Source of the DNA: Kudoa neothunni
Lineage: Eukaryota; Animalia; Cnidaria
NCBI GenBank assembly: GCA_964304625.1
Contig: OZ199839.1
Span: 10,527,186-10,591,185, forward strand
DNA: 64,000 nucleotides
Direction: 5' to 3'
The translations under genes and the position numbers were made by a program. The notes beneath the pieces were generated by a model that saw only the letters and a program-made list of their open reading frames with translations, was not told the origin of the DNA and did not search any database. Shown one piece after another: positions 13,147 through 25,740 of this stretch; the first letter of the stretch is position 1; each line of letters opens with the position of its first letter.

Positions 13147-13571
13147 ATCGAGGGCCGAACGTTGCCTTATAACAACTTCCGCTATACCCGCTGACCCAAT
13201 GTTGCCAAATGGCGACATGGATCAATCTGCCCCTATAATATACATATACCAAAATATTTCCTTCTTAGATTTATTTTTATAATAAATTTATTTAATAGTA
13301 CATGTGTAAATTTTTTAATTTCACTGAAACCTCAAAATTCCAAGTTCAAGTTAAGGATACTTCTAGCCTTTTTTATATTCGCCGTAGAGTTAGGTATTCA
13401 TCTGTATTGCTCTTGATGTAAAAAATACAAATTTTAATAATTCATTCATATAAAATCAAATTAGCATAAATTACATTATTATAAAAAAGATAGATTTAAA
13501 AATGTAATTGAATGGTTCAAACACTCAACAAATTAAAATGTTGCCATTTGGCAATATTGGGACTCAAAGGG
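13147..13571. mobile_element. Short non-autonomous piggyBac-like element
   Basis: CCCAATGTTGCCAAATGGCGACAT near 13195 and the inverted ATGTTGCCATTTGGCAATATTGGGACTCAAAGGG ending 13571. A palindromic subterminal motif plus a GGG terminus is typical of piggyBac ends. The TTAA flanks are degraded. Confidence 0.45.
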
Positions 13572-13589
13572 TAAAAAAAAATGTGTGCC

Positions 13590-14720
13590 CATGCCCGTGT
13601 CCAAGCGGGGTTTCGCGAGACCCCAGTAAAAAAATTTTAATTAAATTACATGAAAAGCGTGTACTTAAAAGTGAACATAATAATGAATTAAATTAAATCA
13701 CAATTATTATGCAATTTCTTTCTATCAACAAATATCTAAATTTTTTTGATTCGGTAGGTTACACTTGAATGGGCATATTATATACTTTGATGTGTGCATA
13801 TATTGCTAATCCATGCAAAATTTAATTTTCTATTAGAATCAAGGATATTATGGAATCAATAATTAGAAAATAAATAAGGCATAGTATTACACAACACTTG
13901 GACATTTAATGGGTAACACTCGGCTGCCACATGACGATGAGGTACTGATCTTAAAATTAAGAACTACAACATATCTTATAAATTAAACAAATTTCATTGC
14001 ATTTTTAAGTGTAGTTTTCTGTTCAAAATTAAATGCTCCTTTATATCAAGGCTACAAATTATCGTGGGTGAAATCAAAGGATATGATGTCATTCGAGTTT
14101 AAAAATCTACGTAATTAATATTTAGAGAATAACTCTACGTGGACCTACAAATTTCAAAAGATAATTCCTTTCCGGATGATCAGAAAATCATTCAAATGTT
14201 TTCGACATACTTATGTAAATAATCAGTACCACCAGGTAGCTCATCACATTTCTCAATGTAATGACACATTCATCCATGCTATATTCAGATATTTTCTCAA
14301 CCTAAGAATAATTATCGATTTAATTTTCATCATTGCTTTAATTATTTTTTGAGAGCAACAAATCCAATGTTTTAGGAAAGCAACCAAACCTGGTAGATCA
14401 GTGGGATTAGTTATCGGTAATCTATAGCGGCAATCTTCTGAGATTTGTTTCGTTATTTTCCAGCACATACAATGTTTAAACAAAAGATATTTTTTAATAT
14501 TTACAAAATAGATAATTGAAGTTAAGAACATTTATAATTTCATGCAATCAAAATTTTTTAACTTTCTTATAAAGTTAAAAAAAGAGAAAATAGATTTTCT
14601 TCCTCATATATAGACTCATGAGTTTACTGAAAATGTTAACATCAATGATAGACGATTTTAAGAGTTATGTTCAAAAAAACGTATATTGGGTCTCGGTAGA
14701 CTCCGCTTGGTCCCGTAAGG
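13590..14720. mobile_element. Decayed piggyBac-like element directly upstream of eIF3a
   Basis: Left end CCCGTGTCCAAGCGGGGTTTCGCGAGACCCCA versus right end TGGGTCTCGGTAGACTCCGCTTGGTCCCGTAAGG|TTAA (TTAA at 14721-14724). These are inverted repeats of about 30 bp. Confidence 0.6.
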
Positions 14721-14895
14721 TTAATGATAGGTTTGTGTAAAAAATCATTATCCAACTCCAACATAACTAGACACATAAATTTGGAAACAATCAACCGATA
14801 TTCACAACCAAATTTCGTGTATAAAGACAAAAAATGTGTCACGCCTGTGCTATCACATTACATTCCGAGGGTTGCCGACAGTCGAAATTGTCACA

Positions 14896-17800
14896 ATGCA
14901 GGGATCGTCTATACGTAAACCGGAACAAGCCATAAAACGGGCCGATGGTAATTCAAAAGTTAAATATTATAATATATCCTATCATATGATTGTTGTAGAA
15001 TACATAAAATATGGTAAATATGGCCGTGCACTTGAAGTGATGTACGAATCATTACAAAGTCGCAAGAATCGTACTTGGCAGCCAGTAGTTGAGGAAATAG
15101 TGCAAAGATTTTTGTCAGTGTGTCTTCGTTTGTTGAACAGTGTGAACTCTAAGGATGTTCTCTATCAGTACAAGCTAACTGCTCAATACACCAATGCTGC
15201 TACAATGGAGTCTACATTTTTGAAATTTGTTCGAAATGCGGAAGATCACTTTCAACAAGCATTGAAAAGAGCTGGTCCCAACATTGATTTGGATCATTTG
15301 GACCGATATGATACAGCCGAATGTCTACTACACAAATCTACATCCAACTATTTATCGATTAAACCATTGGATGAGGTGATGATTATGGATGAGAGTGTAA
15401 TATTGGGGAATGACAGTAGATCGTTGATTGATCTTTGTACCACTCAATGCACTTACAGTCCTGATTATAGTCCTGATTGTTATTTGATTCAATCGATGAA
15501 GTTTCTCTGGGATTGTTATCGGAATGTGTTGGATGTTTGCAAGAACAACCGACATACCGAGAAGATTTACTATGAAGTGTTTTTGATGGCTTGTAAATTT
15601 TGTGTGAAATACAACAAAAGAGTTGAAATGAAAGAGTTGTGTAAACTGTCACGTATCCACGCATATAGTACGATGGCTCCAAACAACAATCCCAACTACG
15701 CTATCGATTTCAATGATAAAAAAAGTGGGTTCTATCAGATAGATTTGAGACTGAAACAACTTGAGATTGCTATCAATCTTGAGTTGTATCCGCAATCGTT
15801 AAAAACAATCGATCTCATCCATCGAATAATGTGTCTCTCTGAGCGCATGAGAAAGCCTTCGGTTGTGGTGATATTTCACAAATTAATGGTGACATTTTTT
15901 GCCAAAGCGAATATGGTGATATATCACGCTCTTGCGTTGCAACGATTTTTCTCAATAGTTGCTTCAATAAAGACCAATGTGACATTTGAAGAGCTTTCGT
16001 TGTAAGTGTTATTTTGCATCATAATAGTTGATGATTGTGTATATTTTGTTGTAGTTTGGCTACCAAAACTCTTCTTGCAACTTTGTCTATTCCTATAAGT
16101 TACGATGTCGAGGAAGATTCAGCCACACTCAAGTCTTGGTACACAGAAAAATCTGAGATAGATCACTCTGAATTTTTCACTATAATCGAGATATTCAAAT
16201 TGAAAACATCTCCCACTCGAAAAAGTCTCATCGGCGAACTCAATTATTTGAATATATTGTCGTATGCGAACGCTGATGCGGTTGAATTGTACAATCTTAT
16301 GGAGATTGAGTCCGTCAATGTATCCATCTGTCAGTCGATCCATTCTTTGCTCGGTAGAATAACTGCTGAAAGTGAGAGTTTCCTAATTAAGAATTCCGGT
16401 CAAAAAACGTCGTTTTTATTCGTCATTCCGGCCGCTGCAAACACCTCATACTATGATGCTATCAAATTAAGGGGGTTATCCCTATTGATGAACAAAGTAA
16501 TGATTATTTGGTCGATATATAATTAAATGATAATAATTGAAACTATTTTCAATCACTTACTAATTTCAACCAATAGAGTAAAGCTTTAGATTATACCAAA
16601 TTTATAATCACTATTATATTTTCTCTTGTTCGTAAAGAATCAATCTTTTATATATGTGTATATTTATCTTATCACTATAGTTAATAATTATTTATTTTAT
16701 AGGCGCTAAATAATCAATTATGCCCAATTCTATAAATAATTTTCTCGTATAATCTATAAATATCCATAGTAGGTGGTGTCATGATGATTTAAAATTTTGA
16801 ATTCACCTATGCGCTTTATTTCTATTAAGGATTGAAATTAAAATGGGCCGTTAGCTACCATTGTTTTGCTTAACAATTATTTTTTAACTTTTCTGTTTGT
16901 TTTATCAATTTTTAATTTTTAATGACGAATAATACAATAATCTAAGGTCCTAGTGTAAATTGTACTAATTGTTTTTTTGTCTAATTCCCATTCTTATAGA
17001 TTAACTCCATTTATAAGTCCATACCATTAGCCAAAGTGTTGGTGTACGTACCATTCTATACCGTTCCACAATTATATCACGTGCTTGTTTTCAAACAAAG
17101 GAATCTTCCATCAAACGTAATCTCTATTTTAATCTTGTTGAAATAGATTTGACTTTATATGATGTATTTAGATCGTGGTGGACGATCAGCTCCAGTGCTT
17201 ACATTTCGCTAATACAGACACATTCAATTATGTTTCCGAATCGACGCCTATGGATTTGTTGTATAGGTTGGAGACGTTTTTGGATGGTATCTTCTATGAA
17301 AATCATATAGTGCCACAATTGGTAAGTTTATTATCAAGCAAGCTTATTGGATTTAAAAGTAGAACTAATTGCGAATTGTGAGGTCTATTGGGTTACTCAT
17401 GGTGCTGTTAATCGGATTTAAATTAGGAAATGACTATTGTCGTACTAATTGATATTTAGGTGTCATTAGTTTTAACTATTTCTGACCCCCATGAACAAAG
17501 GGATAAGCCAGAAATAATTAGATATGGAAGATTTTGAAATATTAAATCTACAAGCGGCTTATAACTTGTGAATAAAAAATTCCTATGATTAAAAATAGTA
17601 TTACGTTTGCATATACGCATATACATACGAATTTAGGATCAAATAAATGTAATCGTTAAGGTTTCGTGTTCAAGCGATTTTAAACATTTTTGAAAATTTT
17701 ACTTATATTTTTTGCGTGTAGCGTTATGAATGTTATACTGAAATTATAAAATCATTGTTAAAATGCCGTGCTCTCTGGCTTCCTTTATTTAAATTATTAA

Positions 17801-19899
17801 AAGTTCCTTGGAGCATGGATCATTCAAAACCATCGAGATAATCATCTCACCTAGAAATATGGTAATAATTGACGATGTCATTTCAATAATAATTTATAAT
17901 ATATATATATACTCTTTCAACGCCAATAAAATCAAACAAACATGATATTCCAATTTTCATCTAGTAATCCTTACCGAATTTTGGTACGCAACCGTTAATA
18001 TTTTAAAAATTGGTTGCGCTGCGTCACTATAAGATTAGCGTAAAATTGTTTTAATATAATATTGCATAATTTATATGAATTTATTAAATTATGTTGAAAA
18101 AACTTTTCAATCTATTGAAAAATTTCGTAGTATATGTAAGGTCGCCGTTATATTCTACCGTAAGAAAAGAAAATAATTATGAGTTTTTGGACTCCACACC
18201 GTCACAGAAGAATTATTATTTGATGTTTTATAATATTTTTCACAAAAATAAATATATGCATGTGAAATGTACCTTTGTCTTCTATACCTTAAAATCTAGA
18301 TTATGTTGTTACAGGTAATCATAAATTTTTTGAAATTAAAACTTAAATCCTTTCATATAACTCTAGATTAGGATAGTTTGAGTTATTTTTATCCGTATAG
18401 AATTTGTTGATTATTTAAAATACAATTCGTTGGTTCTTGCATTATTCCAAGATAGATACAGTTCTGTGCGCCAATGACCTAAAAATAAAAAATTATTTCA
18501 ATAATAATAACGAGTAATTGTATAATATATGAATAAATTTGGCTTGTAGGAGCATCAGCTGGGAATGTTTCATGAACAGACTGCTTCGTCTGGTGTGAAT
18601 CTACTAGAAAATGAGCGTAAGATGAGGGCTGGATTGTATGATTTGGCTATAAGTTGTGGACAACGTCGTGAAGCTTATCGTAAGAAACGAGAAGAACTTT
18701 TGACGCGTCGTCGTGAAGAAAACAAAAAACAAATGGATGAAAGAGCGAAAATTGCTCGTGAAAAAGAACAAAAAAAATTGGAACACGAACGACAACTTAA
18801 AGCCATTGACGAAGAGAAAAAGCTGAACGAGTTCAAGCAGTCCAAACTTGACGATTACAACAACAACATGGTTAGGCAGGCTGAAAAGGTACCACTTTAT
18901 TTATTGTCCGGTTGAATTTTCTCAAATGTTAACAATATTTTAATCGTGTGTTTGTATAGGAGTTGGAACAAAAAGATCAAATTCGCAGAGCCCAAGACGA
19001 ACTTAAACTTCGCACAAGAACTCTCGAACGTAAAATTGATCATGCCTTACGTGCTGTTCGTCTTGAGGAAGCTCCCAAAATGATGGAATATTGCCAACAG
19101 TTTGGCGCCGATTTTGATAACTTTTTCGATGTTATGAGCGAAAAACAAGTAACCAAAACACCAATTTTCCTGCTAAACAATATTTATGTTGACGCTTATT
19201 TAGGAGCGAAATGCCCACGAAAAATTCCAATATCGTCTGGTAATTAAAAGAACTCTGTTAAATTTCCATGATGATATCACTCAGTACTACGAACTATGCA
19301 GTGTAATGCCAATTGTGCTAATAATACAACAAGCGTTGAGTTTTGTATTTATGTAGAATGATATGGATGCTGATGACCGTCAAAAGCGCATCCATGAACG
19401 TAAATTAGCGTTTATTGATGAAGCTGAAGAAATGCTCAAATCCAAAAACAAACCTCATCATGTGTACGCTGGTAAGAATTTTGTGATGTGTGTAGTTGGT
19501 AAGTGCTTAGCTTAAAATGTTTGATTAGCTAAACAAGATTATGATCTTAATCTTGAACCCAAACGAATGTCAGGTGCCGAGAGAACCCCCCACTTCGGCA
19601 ATAAATACACTCCATCCTACAATCTCAATAGTAACCGAGATTCTAAACGTACCTATTTATTTCACTTCATGTACTATAACTTAATGGTTTGGAATTTTAG
19701 CGTATCGGCCATCCGGCGCTAGTTTTGGCGCCAATAGCATCGGAAATAGTAATGCTGGTGGTTTCCGTCAGCCGCCTTATTCAACCCCACACAACAAACC
19801 TCCCTCTTCTAATCCAACGCCAAATGTTAGGGTTGCAAAGAAAGGTAATCTTTTTTTAGGATATTCTCTGTATCTCTTGTTTGTTTAGAGTACTTTTGA
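14896..19899 (+). CDS. EIF3A: Eukaryotic translation initiation factor 3 subunit A (multi-exon)
   Basis: N-terminus MQGSSIRKPEQAIKRAD-EYI...KNRTWQ...LYQYK, then KFLWDCYRNVLD, a PCI region and a charged coiled coil (ERKIDHALRAVRLEEAP). Exons include 14896-14947, 14999-16001, 16055-16496, 17000-17116, 17172-17321, 18550-18888, 18960-19148 and short 3' exons. The last exon and stop (19897-19899) are tentative. Confidence 0.92.
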
Positions 19900-20387
19900 A
19901 TATCCGTTTGTAAATCAAAGTTCGTCTTCCGAGTATAAAAAAGTGTTGCAATGCATCAAAAGAAAAAATATTTAGGTTTAAATATATTAAAAAAGTAGTA
20001 ATGATACTGGTTTTATAATACTTGCTCATTTTTCTCGCTGCTATCGCCTGAGCTATTGACACCGAACTCAATAGTATAATAAAACACATATCTTCGTATT
20101 CATCTTCGACAAGCCCTGTGAAGTTTTATGGGTATAGTGGTCGAGCGAATTTCTCCATATATTAGGTTACCGGTTAAGATAGAGAGATTTAGATAATTGC
20201 GCTTTCGGATACATTCATTTTTTATTTTTTTCTTATTAATACAGTAAACTCTCGATATTGTGCATTCAATCGTGACCTGAGCTTTTACTGCCCAGCAAGA
20301 AAACACTACCCAATATTTCTTGTTGTGCGTGCTTCGCTAAAATTATTTTTTTATTTTTTTACCGACAAATTATCTATCTTGTTCATA

Positions 20388-20415
20388 TTAATTAATTAAT
20401 TAATTAATTAATTAA
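20388..20415. repeat. (TTAA)7 microsatellite
   Basis: Read directly from the sequence. Confidence 0.9.
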
Positions 20416-22359
20416 AGATGTGAAGGACATCGATCTAATAGCGGACAAACTTTTTCTTTATTTCGCAAACTTTTCAGCAAGAACTATTAAAATATCAAAT
20501 CAAGAAGATAGTTGAAGGTATCCAACCACGTTTTGATCGTAATATTTAGCAGGAAATTATCAATTCCTGTAAAACAGCGGGTCTCTTTAAATTTACCAAT
20601 GGCACCATGAGGAAATTTCCTACCTGTGAATTAAGCACTCTATAATTTTATTTCAGGTTTTTTGATGGTTTCATTTGCTTTTAATTTAACACATTATTTA
20701 CATCATATGTTCCGTGAGTGCATTTTAGAAAAAATAGCAGTTTTGCCAAGATTTAATATATTTTCTTTTTCATATCTACATATTACCTCATAAAAATTGC
20801 TTATCTAATCATAAACAATATTAACTACAACACCCCTCTCTTCTCCATACTCTATATAGAGAGTGTAATGTTGCAAATTAAAAACGAGTCTTAATATTTC
20901 AACGCAATTTTTGCTTCAACAAAAACGATTGATTCTGAGGTCTAAGACCATAAGAATAAAGTTTTGCCTTCTCTGGGATAAAAAAACTCTAGAATATTTG
21001 TCTTTTTTGGTGTAATGATACAATCCGGACATATAGCTGCTCATTTTCAAGTTTGTCACATTTTCAATTGTAAATTCATTTCGGGGAGAAGAAACATTGG
21101 AGTTCATTATATTTGATTTATTAAATAACATTATATTCAGAGAAGAAAAACTTATTTTAATTTGAATAAAACTCAAAATAGCAGAATTTATGATATTCTA
21201 TGGTTCTCTAGAGTAACTTTTTATTTCAGAATGATTCAACTGAATCTTAATATTGAATAATCTCAATTTTTTACAAAAATTTCTCTCTTCTCTCGCAATG
21301 CCGTCCATTCGAATGTATAATTTAGTGGATTAATCGGATTAAAATTTGAAGAAACCACTGCTCGCTCAATAGCAAGGTCCTGAATTTTACTAAAATTTCG
21401 TGAATCAAATGTTATTTCATATTTTTAGGTATAACAGTAGACTAAAAGTCTATATACATCGAAAACTTTACAATGTTGGTACAGAAATTTGAAAAAAATT
21501 CCAACACCCACCCTATATCGATCGAACCTCGCTATATCGAAACCTTATAGTATTTTAGCATATAATTTGATAATTTTATCTTGATATGAAAAACAGTAAT
21601 ACACGAGCGCAGAAACCTATTTTGATTGATTTTATTTTACACATGATATAAACAAATAGGATAAATTGATGTTCTAGCTAATGTGTAACTAAATTTGTTG
21701 ATAAAAATCTTTTTAACCGTCAAAATGCTTCATAATAAAGGATGAAAATGATTCATTCTCAATGAAATATTGATGGTGAAAGCAAAATAAACAAAAACTA
21801 TAAATTTTAAGTTATAATGTAATCAATAGTCGTGAGCAAGGTCCAACCCTCGAATCATGGCTGAAGGGCGGTGATGTCAGCGCTCTGCTGCTGATTGCGC
21901 ATATGTTAATTTTGGTTACAATCCTTATAACCAGTTATTACACCAAATAGCCAAAAACAGAGGCAAACCCACAATATTAACGAATAATTTTTAAAAAATA
22001 ATTATTTGTATTTTATGCGTATGTGCATGTCTCGGTATTGCGTAATTTCCCGCTATGGCCTAACTTTTTAGGACTAAGGAATAGCCACGCAATATCGAGA
22101 TTTTAATGCATGCAGATTGATTCGAATTCTTTTCGAAATTCGAGTTAAAGATAATGGAGTTCAATTTTTTCTTTCTTAGTATATTACTGCAATCTTAATG
22201 ATATTTACTGCCGTGTTTTATCGAAAATATACATTGTTCATGTATTAATTTTACACAAAAAGTAACCTCAGTAGATGGATGAATGGTCGTTCGTAACTTA
22301 TAGAAGATGCGGGCGCTTCATTGTTTCAAATCACATGGAGTAGATTGAATTGAAATTAA

Positions 22360-24035
22360 CCCTCCGTCACACGCATGGGGTCCAATGAATCGAAGGTGGT
22401 TTTAATCTGCATATAGCTATCGTTTTATTATACGTAGTAATACTAAAATTAAAATATTCTTATTTTTTTACGGTTTTTTCGAAATATAAATAAGCAATGG
22501 ACTTTAGAAAAGTGTTAAAAGATGATTTTTATGATGAAAAAAGCAATGATTCAAGCTCTGATGTATCATCAAAAAGAAATATAATAAAATAAATATGCCT
22601 TAAATAAAAGGTTTAGATGATAGCGAACATATGTTATACTCCAAAAACTTTGAATGGAGCTCAAAGCATGTGGAGTTATTTTCATGAAAAAGAAAACACG
22701 ACATTATAACGGAAAAACAAGGAGTAAAAATTCCCGATAATGTGGAATTTTAATTTTCAAATTTGGAGTTTGTTGAATGAACTATGGGTAGATGACGACT
22801 TTGGTTTTCCAATTTGCAAAAAAATATTCAAACAGAACAGATTTTCCTTGTTCGAAAAATGTCTACAATATGCAACCGGTTCAAGTAATTCAAATGAAAA
22901 TAATCAATATAGAATGTCAAAAATCAGAGTTATTTTTAACCAGATAAATTCTAATTTTATCAAATATTATATACCCATCGAATATTTGACGATCGATGAA
23001 ATGCTTCGATCATTCCGAGGTCGCTGTATTTTTAAGCAGTATATGCCTTCTAAGCTAGCGAAATATGGGATTAAAATTTTTAACCTGTGTGTTTCTGAAA
23101 CTTTTTACACCCTTATTCTTGAAGTTTAACTGGGCTCCCAAAATAATGCCTCATGTAAAGTTGACAACTCTCCCCATAGTTTAGTAATGCGCCTGATTCA
23201 GCCAATTTTGGGTTTAGGAAGAAACATCACTGTTGACGAGTGGTTTACATAAGTTTCACTGTTTCAGGAATTATGAATGACTGGAATAACTGCTTGTGGT
23301 ACCAGTAGAAAAAACAAAATGGAAATACCTACTGAATTCTTGGCTTCAAAAACTCGTGAACAATACTTATCTTCTTTTGTATTTACAAAAGATCTAACGT
23401 TAGTGTCTTATGTCCACAAAAGAAACAAAGCCGTTACACAGTTGAGTTCGTTTCACCACAGGTCAACAGTTGATTTGAACCATCCTAAAAAGCTACCAGA
23501 GATTGTGTCTTTTTATAACTCATCAAAAGGTGGTGTTGATACAATAGATCAATTGTGTGAGAACCACTCTACTTATCGAATTACAAAAATATAGTCTGTT
23601 GTCATATTTCATACACTTCTAGATATAGTAGCAATAAGTGCGTATGTTATATATTATATGAATGCCGATAAAATTATTCGACGGAGGAGTTGATAAGTAG
23701 TTGAGTATGCAATTAATAGAGCCTCAGTTGAATAAAAAAGGTTAATACATTGATCATATTGTTTACTTTAAATTTAGTAGGAAGCCAAAAAGCTCTCTCG
23801 TTGACAGAGGAAGATGTTATTTATGTATCCGTTTACAGGAGAAAAAAACGAGAACAACTTGTCAGACGTGCTCAAAATTTGTCTGTATAATGCATTTAAA
23901 TGTCATTTGCAATAACTGTTTTAAAAAATAATTGATTTCCCTATTTATTAGTATTAATCACTGTTTCTTTTTTCTGAGGCCCAACGGACTCCATACGTGT
24001 AACCGCGTAAAATTTTTTTCGCGTGTGACGAAGGA
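22360..24035 (+). mobile_element. piggyBac transposon with TIRs and TTAA target-site duplication; transposase disrupted and internally deleted
   Basis: TTAA|CCCTCCGTCACACGC ... GCGTGTGACGAAGGA|TTAA. Fragments LTIDEMLRSFRGRCIFKQYMPSK.AKYGIK, GRNITVDEWFT, FYNSSKGGVDTIDQ and a C-terminal Cys-rich segment. Several in-frame stops. Confidence 0.92.
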
Positions 24036-24901
24036 TTAATAAAAAATTTTTGTTGTAGAAATATTCCATAATTTTAGTATTTTCCGTGTTTTTTTTATTT
24101 ATTTTATGTACTTCGTCTACAATATCCTTAAGTATATTCATATTTTTTAGAACCATACTCGATAAAGTATTGCTAGAGATTTCCGAAATAAAATAGGACA
24201 GACATAGAAATTAATATTTTTTTATATTCAAAATAATAAATATCCTCTTTGATTTCAATTTCTGTGGCATCGTCTGGATATTCATTAACTTTTATGATAT
24301 TTTTATGTTCATCGGAAAGATTGTCATTTTCGATAGCCACGATATTCGATATTATTTCATAATTGTTCATTTCATTTATCTCATTAAAAAAGTTGTATTC
24401 TAAATTTTAATCGTCGTTTTTATATAAATTATCAGTAATAATGGAAATATTTTTTGAGATTAGATTTCGCCATAACAAAACTATTAAAAATTGTTGATTT
24501 AGTCATCGAATCCCAAGAATTTATAATCAAAAAAGTACATTAAAAATATTAGGAAATACAGGTTTCATCGAAGCTTTGATGGAAGAAATGTGGAGCTTTA
24601 TCGTATATACATTATAATGGAAATTAAATGAGTATATTATGCTCTGATCTATCTATGGGTCGGAGGGTTTTTGAGAAGAAAAATTAGTTCAATATTTGAA
24701 TATTCCAATTTTACACGATAGCTGGCTTTGTCTAAAAACAAAAAATCGTTACTTTCTTTCTTTTTTAAGTATGCCATATGTTCTAAGACTAAACTGCGCT
24801 TAAATGCGCTAATTATATCTTCCTGTTTATTTGAAACAAAACAATGTAGATAAGGATAATGCATTAAAAAGTTTTGTGGATCTTGATTTTACCTCTGCTT
24901 T

Positions 24902-24931
24902 TGACTGACTGACTGACTGACTGACTGACTG
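24902..24931. repeat. (TGAC)7 microsatellite
   Basis: Read directly from the sequence. Confidence 0.9.
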
Positions 24932-25349
24932 TCAAAATAATTGATTATTTTTTATTTTTCGGAAATAGCTCTTACATTGTCTTGTATTTTATCTTCAATC
25001 AATAATTTACACAAAAAAAATCTAGACGTTTGCTCACCCGGAAAGTTACGAACCACACGTCAGTCTATAAAAATAAGGAAAACTACAAAAATTTAATTAT
25101 TAATTATCAGACAGCTAATATTTTTTCCACTGAATGTGTTTACTCTAATGTGTATTTTGAGTTAAAATAAAATAATTCATTTCCTTTATAATTTCTAATT
25201 TTTACATATCTTCAAATGTTACGACCCACCCGTCATCGACTGTATTGTTTTGCGGCATGCATCTATGCCTGGAGGTTGCATTGAATCTCTTGTGATTGGA
25301 AATCACATAAACCACATTCTTTTAAAAATGCTAAAACATTTATAGTAAA

Positions 25350-25740
25350 ATAAAAATCCAACAGGAATGGATGATTAGGGAAACATTGAACAAATATCTT
25401 TCTAATTTGGACAATATATTCAAAACGAAGTACAAGAAGATTTACTACTTCTTAATAGTACCACTTGCCACGCCCAAATTCATTTGTCCAATATCTCTCT
25501 TATATTCCTTACAAAATATTCAACTAGCGTTTTGCAACTATTAGACCATTGAATCATTTTCTCATTCAAATAAAATTGCAAAAATAATTTAATAGAAAAC
25601 CGTATTGCTGCATTTTGCAGTGATATAAATACATCCTCTCAAGATTTGCTTAAAACGTTGCTCTTAATTAAAAAATCATGGGACTATGTTTCAAAGGATA
25701 TCGTACTTAATTGTTTCAGAAAATAAAGGTTTCCTGCAGC
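25350..25740 (+). pseudogene. pogo/Tigger DDE_1 transposase fragment
   Basis: Broken reading KILLLLNSTTCH ... STSVLQLLD ... IKKSWDYVSKDIVLNCFRK, matching the DDE_1 consensus (LLLLDNxxxH, NTTSxLQPLD, AWxxV...NCF). Confidence 0.65.

Noticed and set aside
19900-20230. A snRNA/tRNA-like gene or a small minus-strand ORF after eIF3a (hairpin CTATTGA..TCAATAG, GGTATAGTGGT)
   Set aside because: There are no U-snRNA signature boxes or cloverleaf, and the ORFs have no recognisable motifs. It is most likely 3' UTR followed by a Tigger-like end at 20240.
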